A stretch of 30,967 nucleotides of DNA, taken from an uncultured virus (IMG/VR IMGVR_UViG_3300034196_000262). Its lineage: Duplodnaviria > Heunggongvirae > Uroviricota > Caudoviricetes. The position numbers were made by a program, and so were the translations under genes. Position 1 is the stretch's first letter. Every line of letters starts with the position of its first letter. Where the stretch lies: the IMG/VR virus record IMGVR_UViG_3300034196_000262; one strand, written 5' to 3'. The notes under the pieces were generated by a model. The model was given only the letters and a program-made list of their open reading frames with translations. It had not been told where the DNA came from and searched no databases. Positions 8,841 to 16,801 of the stretch are shown piece after piece.

Positions 8841-9490
8841 TAAGTAATTGCGTCAACCATCCATGAATAGGTTTCAAAGTTGTTGATAAGATCTTCAATA
8901 TCATGAAAACCTTCATAAACTCTTGGACGGCGTTCAATATCATGAAACAACATTTTCTTAAAAGCAGTATCAGCATACTCTGGAGCTTTCAAGTCCAAAA
9001 TAGTACTTAATTTGAAAACAGATGGTCTATGGTAAAGCATACCATTCTTATCAACAGACAAGATAACCTCAAACTCAGGCACTTCTCTATTGCTCCATGC
9101 TCGTTGATGAAACATAAAGTATATTTTAAACATCTTAACTGTGGATAAAATATCAAAGTGTTCCATTAGTAACGAAATCATTGGATGATTTGATTCTTTA
9201 TTGAGATCATTGAAGTCAATTTCGTAATAGACTTCATTGTGATATTTTAGTACAGGCGTAGGCAATTCATGTTTTACGAGTTGATGCTTTTCATTAAAAT
9301 CACCCACCAAATAGATATGTTTATCTAAAAAATAGGACTCTGCACAATCTTCATAATAAAGATAGTCATCTTCTGTACAGCCATGAATCTCCAAATAACC
9401 CCAGTAGGAATCTTTTTCAATAAGCTGCTTTTCTACATTGTCATTATGCAGTTCCATTAGACTAATGTATTTACGATGACCCTTACCCAT
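8837..9490 (-). CDS. Hypothetical protein, variant member of the C-terminal-tag family
   Basis: AGGAG RBS; tail EDLINNFETYSWMVDAITY aligns without gaps to DDFINRFDDYKQVIEMSII of ORF 16853. Confidence 0.75.
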   Translation of the reverse strand: MGKGHRKYISLMELHNDNVEKQLIEKDSYWGYLEIHGCTEDDYLYYEDCAESYFLDKHIYLVGDFNEKHQLVKHELPTPVLKYHNEVYYEIDFNDLNKESNHPMISLLMEHFDILSTVKMFKIYFMFHQRAWSNREVPEFEVILSVDKNGMLYHRPSVFKLSTILDLKAPEYADTAFKKMLFHDIERRPRVYEGFHDIEDLINNFETYSWMVDAITY

Positions 9491-9507
9491 TTTTTAAATC
9501 TCCTAAA

Positions 9508-9536
9508 GAAAAACACCAAAGGGTATTGGTGTTTTC
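9508..9536 (-). terminator. Intrinsic terminator after hpf
   Basis: AAAACACCAA-AGGGTA-TTGGTGTTTT hairpin. Confidence 0.7.
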
Positions 9537-9557
9537 ATGAACTGAATTGCAGATTAA

Positions 9558-9881
9558 TTATTCTGCGAGTGCAATCTTTTGGTGTAGCTTGCCTTTTTGT
9601 TTCTCTTTGAGCTTTTTGAGCTTAATCAAAACTTTGTTTGTAGCGTCTGTAATAGAGTGATACATGTCTTCACTTGAACATGAAACCACAACGTCTTCGG
9701 TATTTGGAACCGACACTTTAAATTCAGCCACGAACTTAAATTTGTCTTTTTTAAGGAAGACATCGACTCGTGTGATTTTATCATGTTGATGTTGAATCTT
9801 GGCTAGATGACCATTGATGTGAGAGTGTAGAGCTTCGGTTACTTCGAAATCTGTAGAATGGATACTTTTAATCATAATCAA
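9558..9881 (-). CDS. hpf: Ribosome hibernation promoting factor (HPF/RaiA family, short form)
   Basis: FEVTEALHSHINGHLAKI, ITRVDVFL, SEDMYHSITDATNKVLIKLKKLKEK match the HPF pattern; AGGAG RBS (start may be 9875). Confidence 0.88.
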   Translation of the reverse strand: MIMIKSIHSTDFEVTEALHSHINGHLAKIQHQHDKITRVDVFLKKDKFKFVAEFKVSVPNTEDVVVSCSSEDMYHSITDATNKVLIKLKKLKEKQKGKLHQKIALAE

Positions 9882-9929
9882 CTCCTATAATTAAACTAAA
9901 ACAGATAAGATTGCCTCATCTGTTTTCGT

Positions 9930-9958
9930 ATCTTAACAGAGAAGAAGCAAAAAAGCAA
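9930..9958 (-). promoter_or_regulatory. sigma70-type promoter for hpf
   Basis: TTGCTT-17 nt-TAAGAT with extended -10 TG. Confidence 0.6.
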
Positions 9959-9972
9959 CCACTAAAAACAAG

Positions 9973-9993
9973 AAAAGCACCATTGAGGTGCTT
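9973..9993 (-). terminator. Intrinsic terminator after rpsU
   Basis: AAGCACC-ATTGA-GGTGCTT; T-rich tail on the minus strand. Confidence 0.7.
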
Positions 9994-10011
9994 ACTATTT
10001 AATCTTATTGT

Positions 10012-10197
10012 TTACTTATCTCTTTTATTGGCTCTTTTAATTGCTTCTTTCTTCCTTAGAACTTTTAGTTCTGTTTCAGGAATATAAAATTCATGTTTCT
10101 TATAATCTTGAATTATCTTAGCTTTGTCACAAGCTTTTTTAAATCTACGAAGAGCAAATTCAATTCTTTCGTTAGGTTTGAGTATTATTTTTGGCAT
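10012..10197 (-). CDS. rpsU: 30S ribosomal protein bS21 homologue
   Basis: MPKIILKPNERIEFALRRFKKACDKAKIIQDYKKHEFY.P matches the gammaproteobacterial S21 pattern (ALRRFKRSCEKAG...REFYEKP); basic C-terminus. Confidence 0.9.
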   Translation of the reverse strand: MPKIILKPNERIEFALRRFKKACDKAKIIQDYKKHEFYIPETELKVLRKKEAIKRANKRDK

Positions 10198-10396
10198 TTT
10201 GATATCCTATTCTTTTTCAAGTCCATTTATTATATTATACCATATCAATTAAAATATTATAAGTCAATAACAACAATTCTTATTTGTATATATTGAATAA
10301 CCTATCATTAGACGAATGGCTATTATTTCAATCCTATTTAATATAGATTTTTTAAGGCGTAACTGTTAAAATACCAAACCATTTAGGAGAAGAATA

Positions 10397-10783
10397 ATGA
10401 CTAAAATTACAGTAGAAAATTTGCTAGCTGAATTAAGTGCCAGTGAACTAAGTCCAAGAGACAAACAAAGAACAGTCAATATTGTGGTGGTCAATGAGGG
10501 GACTATGGGAGCCACACCTACTGTTAATGTTAAACAAGCCAGTTTTGGTTTTGATTGGGATTCCCAAATGTTTATGCTATTTCCAGAACAACCACTCACT
10601 ACACTAACCAGAGAAGAAATTGATGACATTTCTAAAAGTGTCCATGATACACAATCCTTTCATACACGCCAACTCCTTAAAGAGAACTATGAAAGAGAGA
10701 GGACATTAAGAGAATTTATCAAAAATCTTGATCAAAGTTCGATGACTACTGAACAAAAAGAATTCATTAGCCAATTAAGATAG
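10397..10783 (+). CDS. Hypothetical protein with GFDWD motif
   Basis: AGGAG RBS; 128 aa; followed by a terminator. Confidence 0.8.
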   Translation: MTKITVENLLAELSASELSPRDKQRTVNIVVVNEGTMGATPTVNVKQASFGFDWDSQMFMLFPEQPLTTLTREEIDDISKSVHDTQSFHTRQLLKENYERERTLREFIKNLDQSSMTTEQKEFISQLR

Positions 10784-10800
10784 TCTTAAACAGTAAAAAG

Positions 10801-10825
10801 AAAAGAGCTTTGATAGCTCTTTTTT
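10801..10825. terminator. Bidirectional intrinsic terminator
   Basis: AAAAGAGCT-TTGAT-AGCTCTTTT between convergent genes. Confidence 0.8.
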
Positions 10826-10840
10826 ATTTTTGTTCTCGTA

Positions 10841-11449
10841 TTAAGTCATTTTCAACATTTCAAATAATGTTAAATTAGCTTCTGTTAAATCTTCCATACT
10901 TTGAATATGAAGATCTTTGAAACAGGTTTTAACAAATTCTTTATTGCCTTTTAAGACTTCCATAATAATAAGATTCATCAAAGGTGTATCTTTATAATCT
11001 AATGTAATGTCAAAAATCTTTTCCATAAAGAAATGGTTAAAGAATTCGTTCAATTGATCGTTAAGTAAAATACTATCACTGTGGTCATACCAAAAATATT
11101 TGGAGTCTAATAAAGCTCCATTCACTGCATAATTATTCAAAGTCTTGGTAGGTTTACCATATGTATTTGCATTTTTATAGTAGATAAGGACAGGTTGTCC
11201 TGTAAACGAGTACGTTATCTGAGCAGGAAGGTCATATTCACTTTCTTTTCGGTCAGATGAGTTTTTGTTGAATTTTTTAATAATGCTGTTGGTGCCATCA
11301 TCATTCACAATAAAAGTAAAACTGTCATAAATGTAATGGATGTTAAAATGAGTTTGTAGAAAAGACACGATGCCATATTTTTCTATGTCTTCGGGTAATA
11401 GAACGGAGTAGCTTTCTGCGATAAAATATTCATAATCTTTTTTATTCAT
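10841..11449 (-). CDS. Hypothetical protein, C-terminal-tag family variant
   Basis: AGGTG RBS; tail EDLTEANLTLFEMLKMT is the tag plus one extra residue. Confidence 0.8.
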   Translation of the reverse strand: MNKKDYEYFIAESYSVLLPEDIEKYGIVSFLQTHFNIHYIYDSFTFIVNDDGTNSIIKKFNKNSSDRKESEYDLPAQITYSFTGQPVLIYYKNANTYGKPTKTLNNYAVNGALLDSKYFWYDHSDSILLNDQLNEFFNHFFMEKIFDITLDYKDTPLMNLIIMEVLKGNKEFVKTCFKDLHIQSMEDLTEANLTLFEMLKMT

Positions 11450-11538
11450 ATATCACCTATTGTTGTACCTATAATATACACACTAGCTGACTAAATCAAG
11501 ACATTAACTCCAAACGGTATCAAAACAGAAAATATAGT

Positions 11539-11826
11539 TTAGATTTTGGATAAAGATTCGCTCTCCATCAATTTTTTGACTATCTGCTTTACGACCAATA
11601 CAAAATCATCGTTTAAAATGTCTTTTACAATCAACTTATCAAAATAAATTTTGTCTAAATCAAGTAAAGCCGAAATATTAACCTCATTACCACTCAAATA
11701 ATATTTGAAATCCCATAGCAAACCCTTCGAATTCTCGAAGTCATCTAATCCAGAATAATCATCAAGATTTAATACGAATGCTTCACTCGTTTCGGCAATT
11801 TTAGCATAATTATCTAACATATTCAA
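11539..11826 (-). CDS. Small acidic hypothetical protein
   Basis: 95 aa ORF (start may be ATG 11820); shares a KGLL[WY]DF motif with ORF 1213-2703. Confidence 0.65.
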   Translation of the reverse strand: MNMLDNYAKIAETSEAFVLNLDDYSGLDDFENSKGLLWDFKYYLSGNEVNISALLDLDKIYFDKLIVKDILNDDFVLVVKQIVKKLMESESLSKI

Positions 11827-11953
11827 ATCATTGTTTTGTTATATCTTAACACCATTTTTATATAAATCAAGAAAAACCCTGTTTTCGTTGGATTTTATGA
11901 AAAATGAATGGAAAATTTGAACGTTTTCATCAATTAAAAATAAAAACACCAAC

Positions 11954-11984
11954 AAAAAAAGCCACTAGTCTTAACTGATGGCTT
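11954..11984 (-). terminator. Probable intrinsic terminator
   Basis: Imperfect AAGCCA...TGGCTT stem with a T7 tract on the minus strand, downstream of ORF 12007. Confidence 0.6.
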
Positions 11985-12006
11985 ATGATAATTATTGAAT
12001 ACTAGA

Positions 12007-12636
12007 TTATGGTTTAGAAACTTTAATAATTAACAATCTTATTTCATCCAAACTACTGACTGTTGAGAACACAGTGTATTCGTTTAAATTGACCCCGGTT
12101 GATTGTGTGAAAGTATTATCAGTACCAGATTTATTATAGGGTGCTGAGTGCTCGCCTGAACTGTCTACCATAATTTTACCTGTAATGCTAAATTGTACAG
12201 TATCGTTTTCAGAAGGGTATATTAATAGATCAATTTTGTAAGAATTTGATGATCTGTTTATTTTATAATCACCTGATTTCTTAGTTTCGTCAAGACTTAT
12301 TCTTGAGTAAGAATTGTTAAAACTAACATCTCGTTCAAGAGCAACATTATTAAATTTTAATATATTGTTTTCAATCAAGTTTCCTGTTGTTTTAAAAAAT
12401 TCATTTAATTCTAAGGCATTCTTTTTCGATTTTACATTGCTATCAATATCATCTAATGATGTCTTAATGTTATTAATCACCACTTCTTGTATTTCCACGT
12501 TAACGAAATTATTTTCAAATGGACTTGTGATACCGGGAATACCACGTTTAATTTCTGGAACATACGACTCGGCTGAAACGGACAATCCAGATAACATTAT
12601 TAAACACATTGGTAATACTTTTATATATCGGTTCAT
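12007..12636 (-). CDS. Secreted protein, possibly secretin-domain-like (paralog of 12661)
   Basis: Signal peptide; FVNVEIQEVVINN and FTQSTGVNLNEYTVFS..RLLIIKV shared with the neighbour; AGGAG RBS. Confidence 0.75.
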   Translation of the reverse strand: MNRYIKVLPMCLIMLSGLSVSAESYVPEIKRGIPGITSPFENNFVNVEIQEVVINNIKTSLDDIDSNVKSKKNALELNEFFKTTGNLIENNILKFNNVALERDVSFNNSYSRISLDETKKSGDYKINRSSNSYKIDLLIYPSENDTVQFSITGKIMVDSSGEHSAPYNKSGTDNTFTQSTGVNLNEYTVFSTVSSLDEIRLLIIKVSKP

Positions 12637-12660
12637 ATTCTCTCCTAAATACTCTTTATT

Positions 12661-13389
12661 TTATTGCTGCACTATATTTGATTCAGTTATTTTAACAATA
12701 AAAAATCTATTTTCACGAGTCTTATTGTCAACACCTGATGATTTGACATCATGAGAAATAATAGCGTATTCATTTAACTTAATTGCTGATGTTTGTTTGA
12801 AAATATTATGAACTTTAGTTTTCTCCATATCATTGTCAATTAAAGGCGTCCCAGAAGTTACCACATGATCTGTGTCGGATATACCATTGAAAGTCATTTG
12901 AATAGAATCACCCATTAATCTTTTTAAACCTACATTAAAAAAGTAAGCATTAGAGCTTTCAACATTATTGTATGTAAGGCCAGCTTCATTTTTTTTGTTT
13001 GATTGTGTGTTAGTTTTAACAAGATGACTTTTGATATATGAATTCTGAAACAAGGTGTCTTGATCATTAGGCACGCCATTAAAGTTAAAAGTGGTTGATG
13101 ATTGAACAATCCCTAGTGTTTGAAGATATTTGTCTAATTCTACTGAAGTTTTTATCTGTTTGACAATCTCATCTATATTATCGAAAGATTTGTCTACATT
13201 GTTGATAATGACTTCATGTATTTCTAGGTTAACAAAAGCATTTTTATTATAAATAGCTACTGTGTTTCTTAATCTATCCATATCATATGACAATTGTTTC
13301 TTTTCTTTGATTTCTTGAACAGTATCAGCCAAAACAGCACAAGAAAAAATGGCTAAACAAAGTGGTAATAACTTTAAATATCCTTTCAT
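12661..13389 (-). CDS. Secreted protein, possibly secretin-domain-like (paralog of 12007)
   Basis: Signal peptide; FVNLEIHEVIINN and FKQTSAIKLNEYAIIS..RFFIVKI; AGGAG RBS. Confidence 0.75.
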   Translation of the reverse strand: MKGYLKLLPLCLAIFSCAVLADTVQEIKEKKQLSYDMDRLRNTVAIYNKNAFVNLEIHEVIINNVDKSFDNIDEIVKQIKTSVELDKYLQTLGIVQSSTTFNFNGVPNDQDTLFQNSYIKSHLVKTNTQSNKKNEAGLTYNNVESSNAYFFNVGLKRLMGDSIQMTFNGISDTDHVVTSGTPLIDNDMEKTKVHNIFKQTSAIKLNEYAIISHDVKSSGVDNKTRENRFFIVKITESNIVQQ

Positions 13390-13476
13390 AAATATAACTC
13401 CTATTTTTAATATCTTAATAAGTTATCACCATAGAAATTATTGTCAAATTATATGCATGAATGCATATAATATAGG

Positions 13477-13502
13477 AACAAAAAAGAGGCCGAAGCCCCT
13501 TT
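13477..13502 (-). terminator. UUCG-loop intrinsic terminator, copy 1 of an exact 26-bp repeat
   Basis: Minus strand reads AAAGGGGC-TTCG-GCCTCTTTTTTGTT. Confidence 0.88.
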
Positions 13503-13505
13503 ATT

Positions 13506-13763
13506 TTACCAAGATACATACAGTGGGATTTCATCACCATATTCGATGGCTAATTTTTCTTTGATGAGCTTAATATCATTGTCATCACTTTCTTCTGGTC
13601 TAGTATCAAAGGTAATAAAGCTTCCATTATCTGGTTCATATGCATCCACAAACCAATGCCATAAATCCATAAACGTGACTTCAAGATTATATTTCTCTTC
13701 AATATAGTCAAATAATGACATAAGGTCAAAATATTCTTTTTTTGCTGCAATTGGCTTTTCCAT
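13506..13763 (-). CDS. Small acidic hypothetical protein
   Basis: 85 aa; GAGG RBS; start overlaps the upstream stop. Confidence 0.75.
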   Translation of the reverse strand: MEKPIAAKKEYFDLMSLFDYIEEKYNLEVTFMDLWHWFVDAYEPDNGSFITFDTRPEESDDNDIKLIKEKLAIEYGDEIPLYVSW

Positions 13764-14254
13764 TAATACGTCCTCTTATAGTTTCTATCGTATGGCCCAA
13801 GGTTGTGTGGTTTTTCTTCAAAACTCTTTGTTGCGTCTACTAAACGTTGTTCAAAGACAACTTTTAAATCATCATCCAGTTCTATGTCATTCTTGTTATT
13901 TTTTATAATATTAAGTACTGCCTGATCAACTAAACTGTTATTATTAATAGACTCAGGATCTTTGTAATCGAATGGTGGCGTTATCTTCATCACAACACCC
14001 AATTCAGCCAGTGAGTGACCAATCATGTTAAAATCTAATGCAGCCATAACGGTAACATATTTGATTTCATTTCTCTCTAAAACATCAAGAATTCGTCTGG
14101 CTGATATGGGATTACAACTCACACCCATTAAAATATCCAGAAAGCGTTTGTAATCTGTTGGCACACCTTCAAAAGATAAGCCAACGCCCATATATTCTGG
14201 ATAGTCCCATTCACCTTGATAGAAATCTTCAAATTTAAGTCGTCTACTCATCAT
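13763..14254 (-). CDS. Hypothetical protein with IGHSL motif
   Basis: Likely starts in the ATGATGATG run (14257/14254/14251) after GGGGG rather than at 14317. Confidence 0.7.
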   Translation of the reverse strand: MMSRRLKFEDFYQGEWDYPEYMGVGLSFEGVPTDYKRFLDILMGVSCNPISARRILDVLERNEIKYVTVMAALDFNMIGHSLAELGVVMKITPPFDYKDPESINNNSLVDQAVLNIIKNNKNDIELDDDLKVVFEQRLVDATKSFEEKPHNLGPYDRNYKRTY

Positions 14255-14642
14255 CATACCCCCATACTTTAACATTGACATTAACCTGTCCCAACGAATG
14301 TCCAATATGGTTTCCACCTAAAGTAATAATATCAGCAAATTTGAAATCGGATATTGTTTTAATTTCTGACCGTCGATTTCTTAAATTATTTTGTATGGTT
14401 GCGTTCAAAAGAATATCTTGAAAACCCATACAATGCTCTGATTCTTGCATAGTAAGCAAATTAGTTTTTAAAAAATAAACCATATCTTCGAAGTTGAGCG
14501 GTAGCTGTATTTCGGCTGCTTGATATCCGTGTATACCATCAAAGCCAATACACAAAGCTGATGATGGAAATCTACTGTTATCTTCTTCAACATAAAACAA
14601 TATCATTTCTTTTTGAAATCTATTTATTTCTTTTTGAAACAT
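14244..14642 (-). CDS. Hypothetical protein, paralog of 14646
   Basis: Shares QKEM..FYV.E, IGFDG, FE.MV.FLKT..LT, DFKFAD and G.SLGQ with the neighbour. Confidence 0.8.
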   Translation of the reverse strand: MFQKEINRFQKEMILFYVEEDNSRFPSSALCIGFDGIHGYQAAEIQLPLNFEDMVYFLKTNLLTMQESEHCMGFQDILLNATIQNNLRNRRSEIKTISDFKFADIITLGGNHIGHSLGQVNVNVKVWGYDDE

Positions 14643-14645
14643 AAG

Positions 14646-15002
14646 TCAACCCTCAATAATATTGACTAATAACTGACCTAGAGAATATCCGAAATTTCCC
14701 ATACCTAAGTAAGCAAGATCCGCAAATTTAAAATCAGTAATTGCCTTAATGTTCTTATCGTCCCCTTTCGCACATTGCATAATGACATCAAAAAAGAACA
14801 TAGTGCTATCAGACTGAGTTAAAGTTAGGGTTCCAGTTTTTAAAAATTCAACCATTGCTTCAAATGTTTTTGGTGTTTCAGGCATTTTATGATTATAAGA
14901 TTCATTTCCATCAAAACCAATAAAATAAGCAAAAGGAGTACCCATTCTGCCTGAATCGTGTTCTTCTGGGACATAAAAAATCATCATTTCTTTTTGAATC
15001 AT
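14646..15002 (-). CDS. Hypothetical protein, paralog of 14244
   Basis: GAGGTG RBS before ATG 15002; same shared motifs as 14244. Confidence 0.8.
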   Translation of the reverse strand: MIQKEMMIFYVPEEHDSGRMGTPFAYFIGFDGNESYNHKMPETPKTFEAMVEFLKTGTLTLTQSDSTMFFFDVIMQCAKGDDKNIKAITDFKFADLAYLGMGNFGYSLGQLLVNIIEG

Positions 15003-15054
15003 AGCCACCTCTCAAATCAATCGCGTTAGCATACCAGAACATTTTTAAAATATC

Positions 15055-15080
15055 AACAAAAAAGAGGCCGAAGCCCCTTT
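15055..15080 (-). terminator. UUCG-loop intrinsic terminator after nadE, copy 2 of the exact 26-bp repeat
   Basis: Identical to 13477-13502. Confidence 0.88.
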
Positions 15081-15095
15081 TGTTTACTTTTAAAA

Positions 15096-16769
15096 TCAAT
15101 ACTGAACAGCGACAATAGGGATTTGGCGACCGACACCAAACGATCTGTATTGCACACGAATGATAGGTGGTGCTTGATGACGTTTGAATTCTGAGTTGTG
15201 AACCAAACGAACTACCTTATCAATAACTTCTTGCTTAACATCTTTCAACAGAGCAAGCTCTTCAAGACGTTCTTTCTCATCCAAATAATCATGTTCAATA
15301 TAAAGACGCAAGATGGCATCAAGAACAGGGTATGGTGGAAGTGAGTCGGTATCCACTTGACCCGGAGACAACTCCGCAGAAGGCTCTTTCACAATAATGG
15401 TTTCTGGAATAAGTTCCACCCCATGCAATTCGTTGTAGTAACGAGACAGTGCATACACTTGCATTTTATACAAGTCACCGATCAAGTTCAAACCACCGTT
15501 AGTATCGCCATACAATGTGCAGAAACCGACTGACAGTTCTGACTTGTTACCTGTTGAAAGAACGATAGCACCTGTGTTGTTAGAGTATTCCATCAAGATA
15601 CGACCACGAATACGTGATTGAATGTTTTCGATGGTGATTTTTTTAGGTTCTTCACCAAAACTCTTTTTAAACTCTTCAACCGTTACATCAAAATCTCGAC
15701 CGATTGGGCGGGTATACAGTTTCACACCCAAGTTATTGCACAGGATAACTGAGTCATCCACACTACCACTTGATGAGTAATGCGACGGCATAGTAATTGC
15801 TTTAACGTTTTCAGCCCCAAGAGCATCCACAGCAAGAGCTAGTGTCAAAGCACTATCAATACCGCCAGATGAACCAACCACGACGCTGGTAAAGCCACAC
15901 TTGCCGATATAGTCACGAAGACCCATCACAGTTTGCTTATAGAAGAGTTCATTGGCTGTTGGAAACTTGCTGATCTTGTGTTGTGAAATATATTCAAGGT
16001 TATCCATTTCAACTACGGAGACTTGTTCAGCAAAGAATTCAAGATGACCACTGAGAATACCTTTACTGTTCATGATAAAACTAGCCCCATCAAAAACAAT
16101 TTGGTCATTAGCACCGACTTGGTTCACATACACAAAGGGCACTTTCAAAATTTCTGAAACGGCTTTTGAAAAGACTTCAAGACGGTCTTCTGCTTTATTG
16201 ATGTTACTTGGAGAAGCGTTAATACTCACAACGAATTCCGGGTTCTGTGCTTTAAGAGCCTTAACTGGGGAAGCGTTATACATCTTATTAGGTGCAGAGT
16301 CATCCCAACCATCTTCACAGATAAGAACACCCACACGATGACCATTCAAGTTAAAGACCATAGGCTGATCTGCACTACCTTCTTCAAAGTAACGTTTTTC
16401 ATCAAAGATGTTGTAAGTAGGCAGCAATTGTTTGCGGTAGTTGAAAATTTGCTCGCCTTTACTGAACACAGCAAGGGAGTTAAAGAAACGTTTGCCTGTT
16501 TCTGCAGAGTTACGTTCGATATAACCAATCATGATAGGAGTTTTAGCAGATTTAGAAAGTTTTTTCACTTTATCGAAATAAACGTCCTGCATTTCCATGA
16601 ACTTGTCATTAAGGATAAGGTCACGGGGAAAATAACCGCTGAGGCAGAGTTCTGTGAATGCTACCATCTCAACTTTTGCTTTCTTTTCAAGAACAGCGTG
16701 TTCAATTTTGGCATAGTTGCCAGCAAAATCACCAATTTTATAGTTGAGTTGAGCGATTGCAATTTTCAT
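15096..16769 (-). CDS. nadE: Glutamine-dependent NAD+ synthetase
   Basis: Nitrilase domain with E-K-C triad (FTEL, YRKQLLP, ICED); synthetase domain SGGIDS, ENIQSRIRG, TGNKSE, TLYGD, PSAEL..GQ.D.DSLPPY, SEFKRHQAPP. Confidence 0.96.
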   Translation of the reverse strand: MKIAIAQLNYKIGDFAGNYAKIEHAVLEKKAKVEMVAFTELCLSGYFPRDLILNDKFMEMQDVYFDKVKKLSKSAKTPIMIGYIERNSAETGKRFFNSLAVFSKGEQIFNYRKQLLPTYNIFDEKRYFEEGSADQPMVFNLNGHRVGVLICEDGWDDSAPNKMYNASPVKALKAQNPEFVVSINASPSNINKAEDRLEVFSKAVSEILKVPFVYVNQVGANDQIVFDGASFIMNSKGILSGHLEFFAEQVSVVEMDNLEYISQHKISKFPTANELFYKQTVMGLRDYIGKCGFTSVVVGSSGGIDSALTLALAVDALGAENVKAITMPSHYSSSGSVDDSVILCNNLGVKLYTRPIGRDFDVTVEEFKKSFGEEPKKITIENIQSRIRGRILMEYSNNTGAIVLSTGNKSELSVGFCTLYGDTNGGLNLIGDLYKMQVYALSRYYNELHGVELIPETIIVKEPSAELSPGQVDTDSLPPYPVLDAILRLYIEHDYLDEKERLEELALLKDVKQEVIDKVVRLVHNSEFKRHQAPPIIRVQYRSFGVGRQIPIVAVQY

Positions 16770-16801
16770 GATGGTAGAACTCCTTGATGTTTAATGTCAC
16801 T

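Noticed and set aside
10366..10629. 87-aa minus-strand ORF
   Set aside because: Antisense to 10397-10783, which has an RBS and a terminator.
12314..12754. 146-aa plus-strand ORF
   Set aside because: Antisense to two paralogous genes with signal peptides.
14258..14317. Long overlap from the 14317 start of ORF 13763
   Set aside because: Better explained by a start in the ATGATGATG run after a G-rich RBS; the extension lies inside the neighbour's conserved C-terminus.
16072..16787. Plus-strand ORFs 16072-16341 and 16338-16787, and the minus-strand out-of-frame ORF 16346-16528
   Set aside because: They overlap nadE, which has complete motifs; these are shadow frames.
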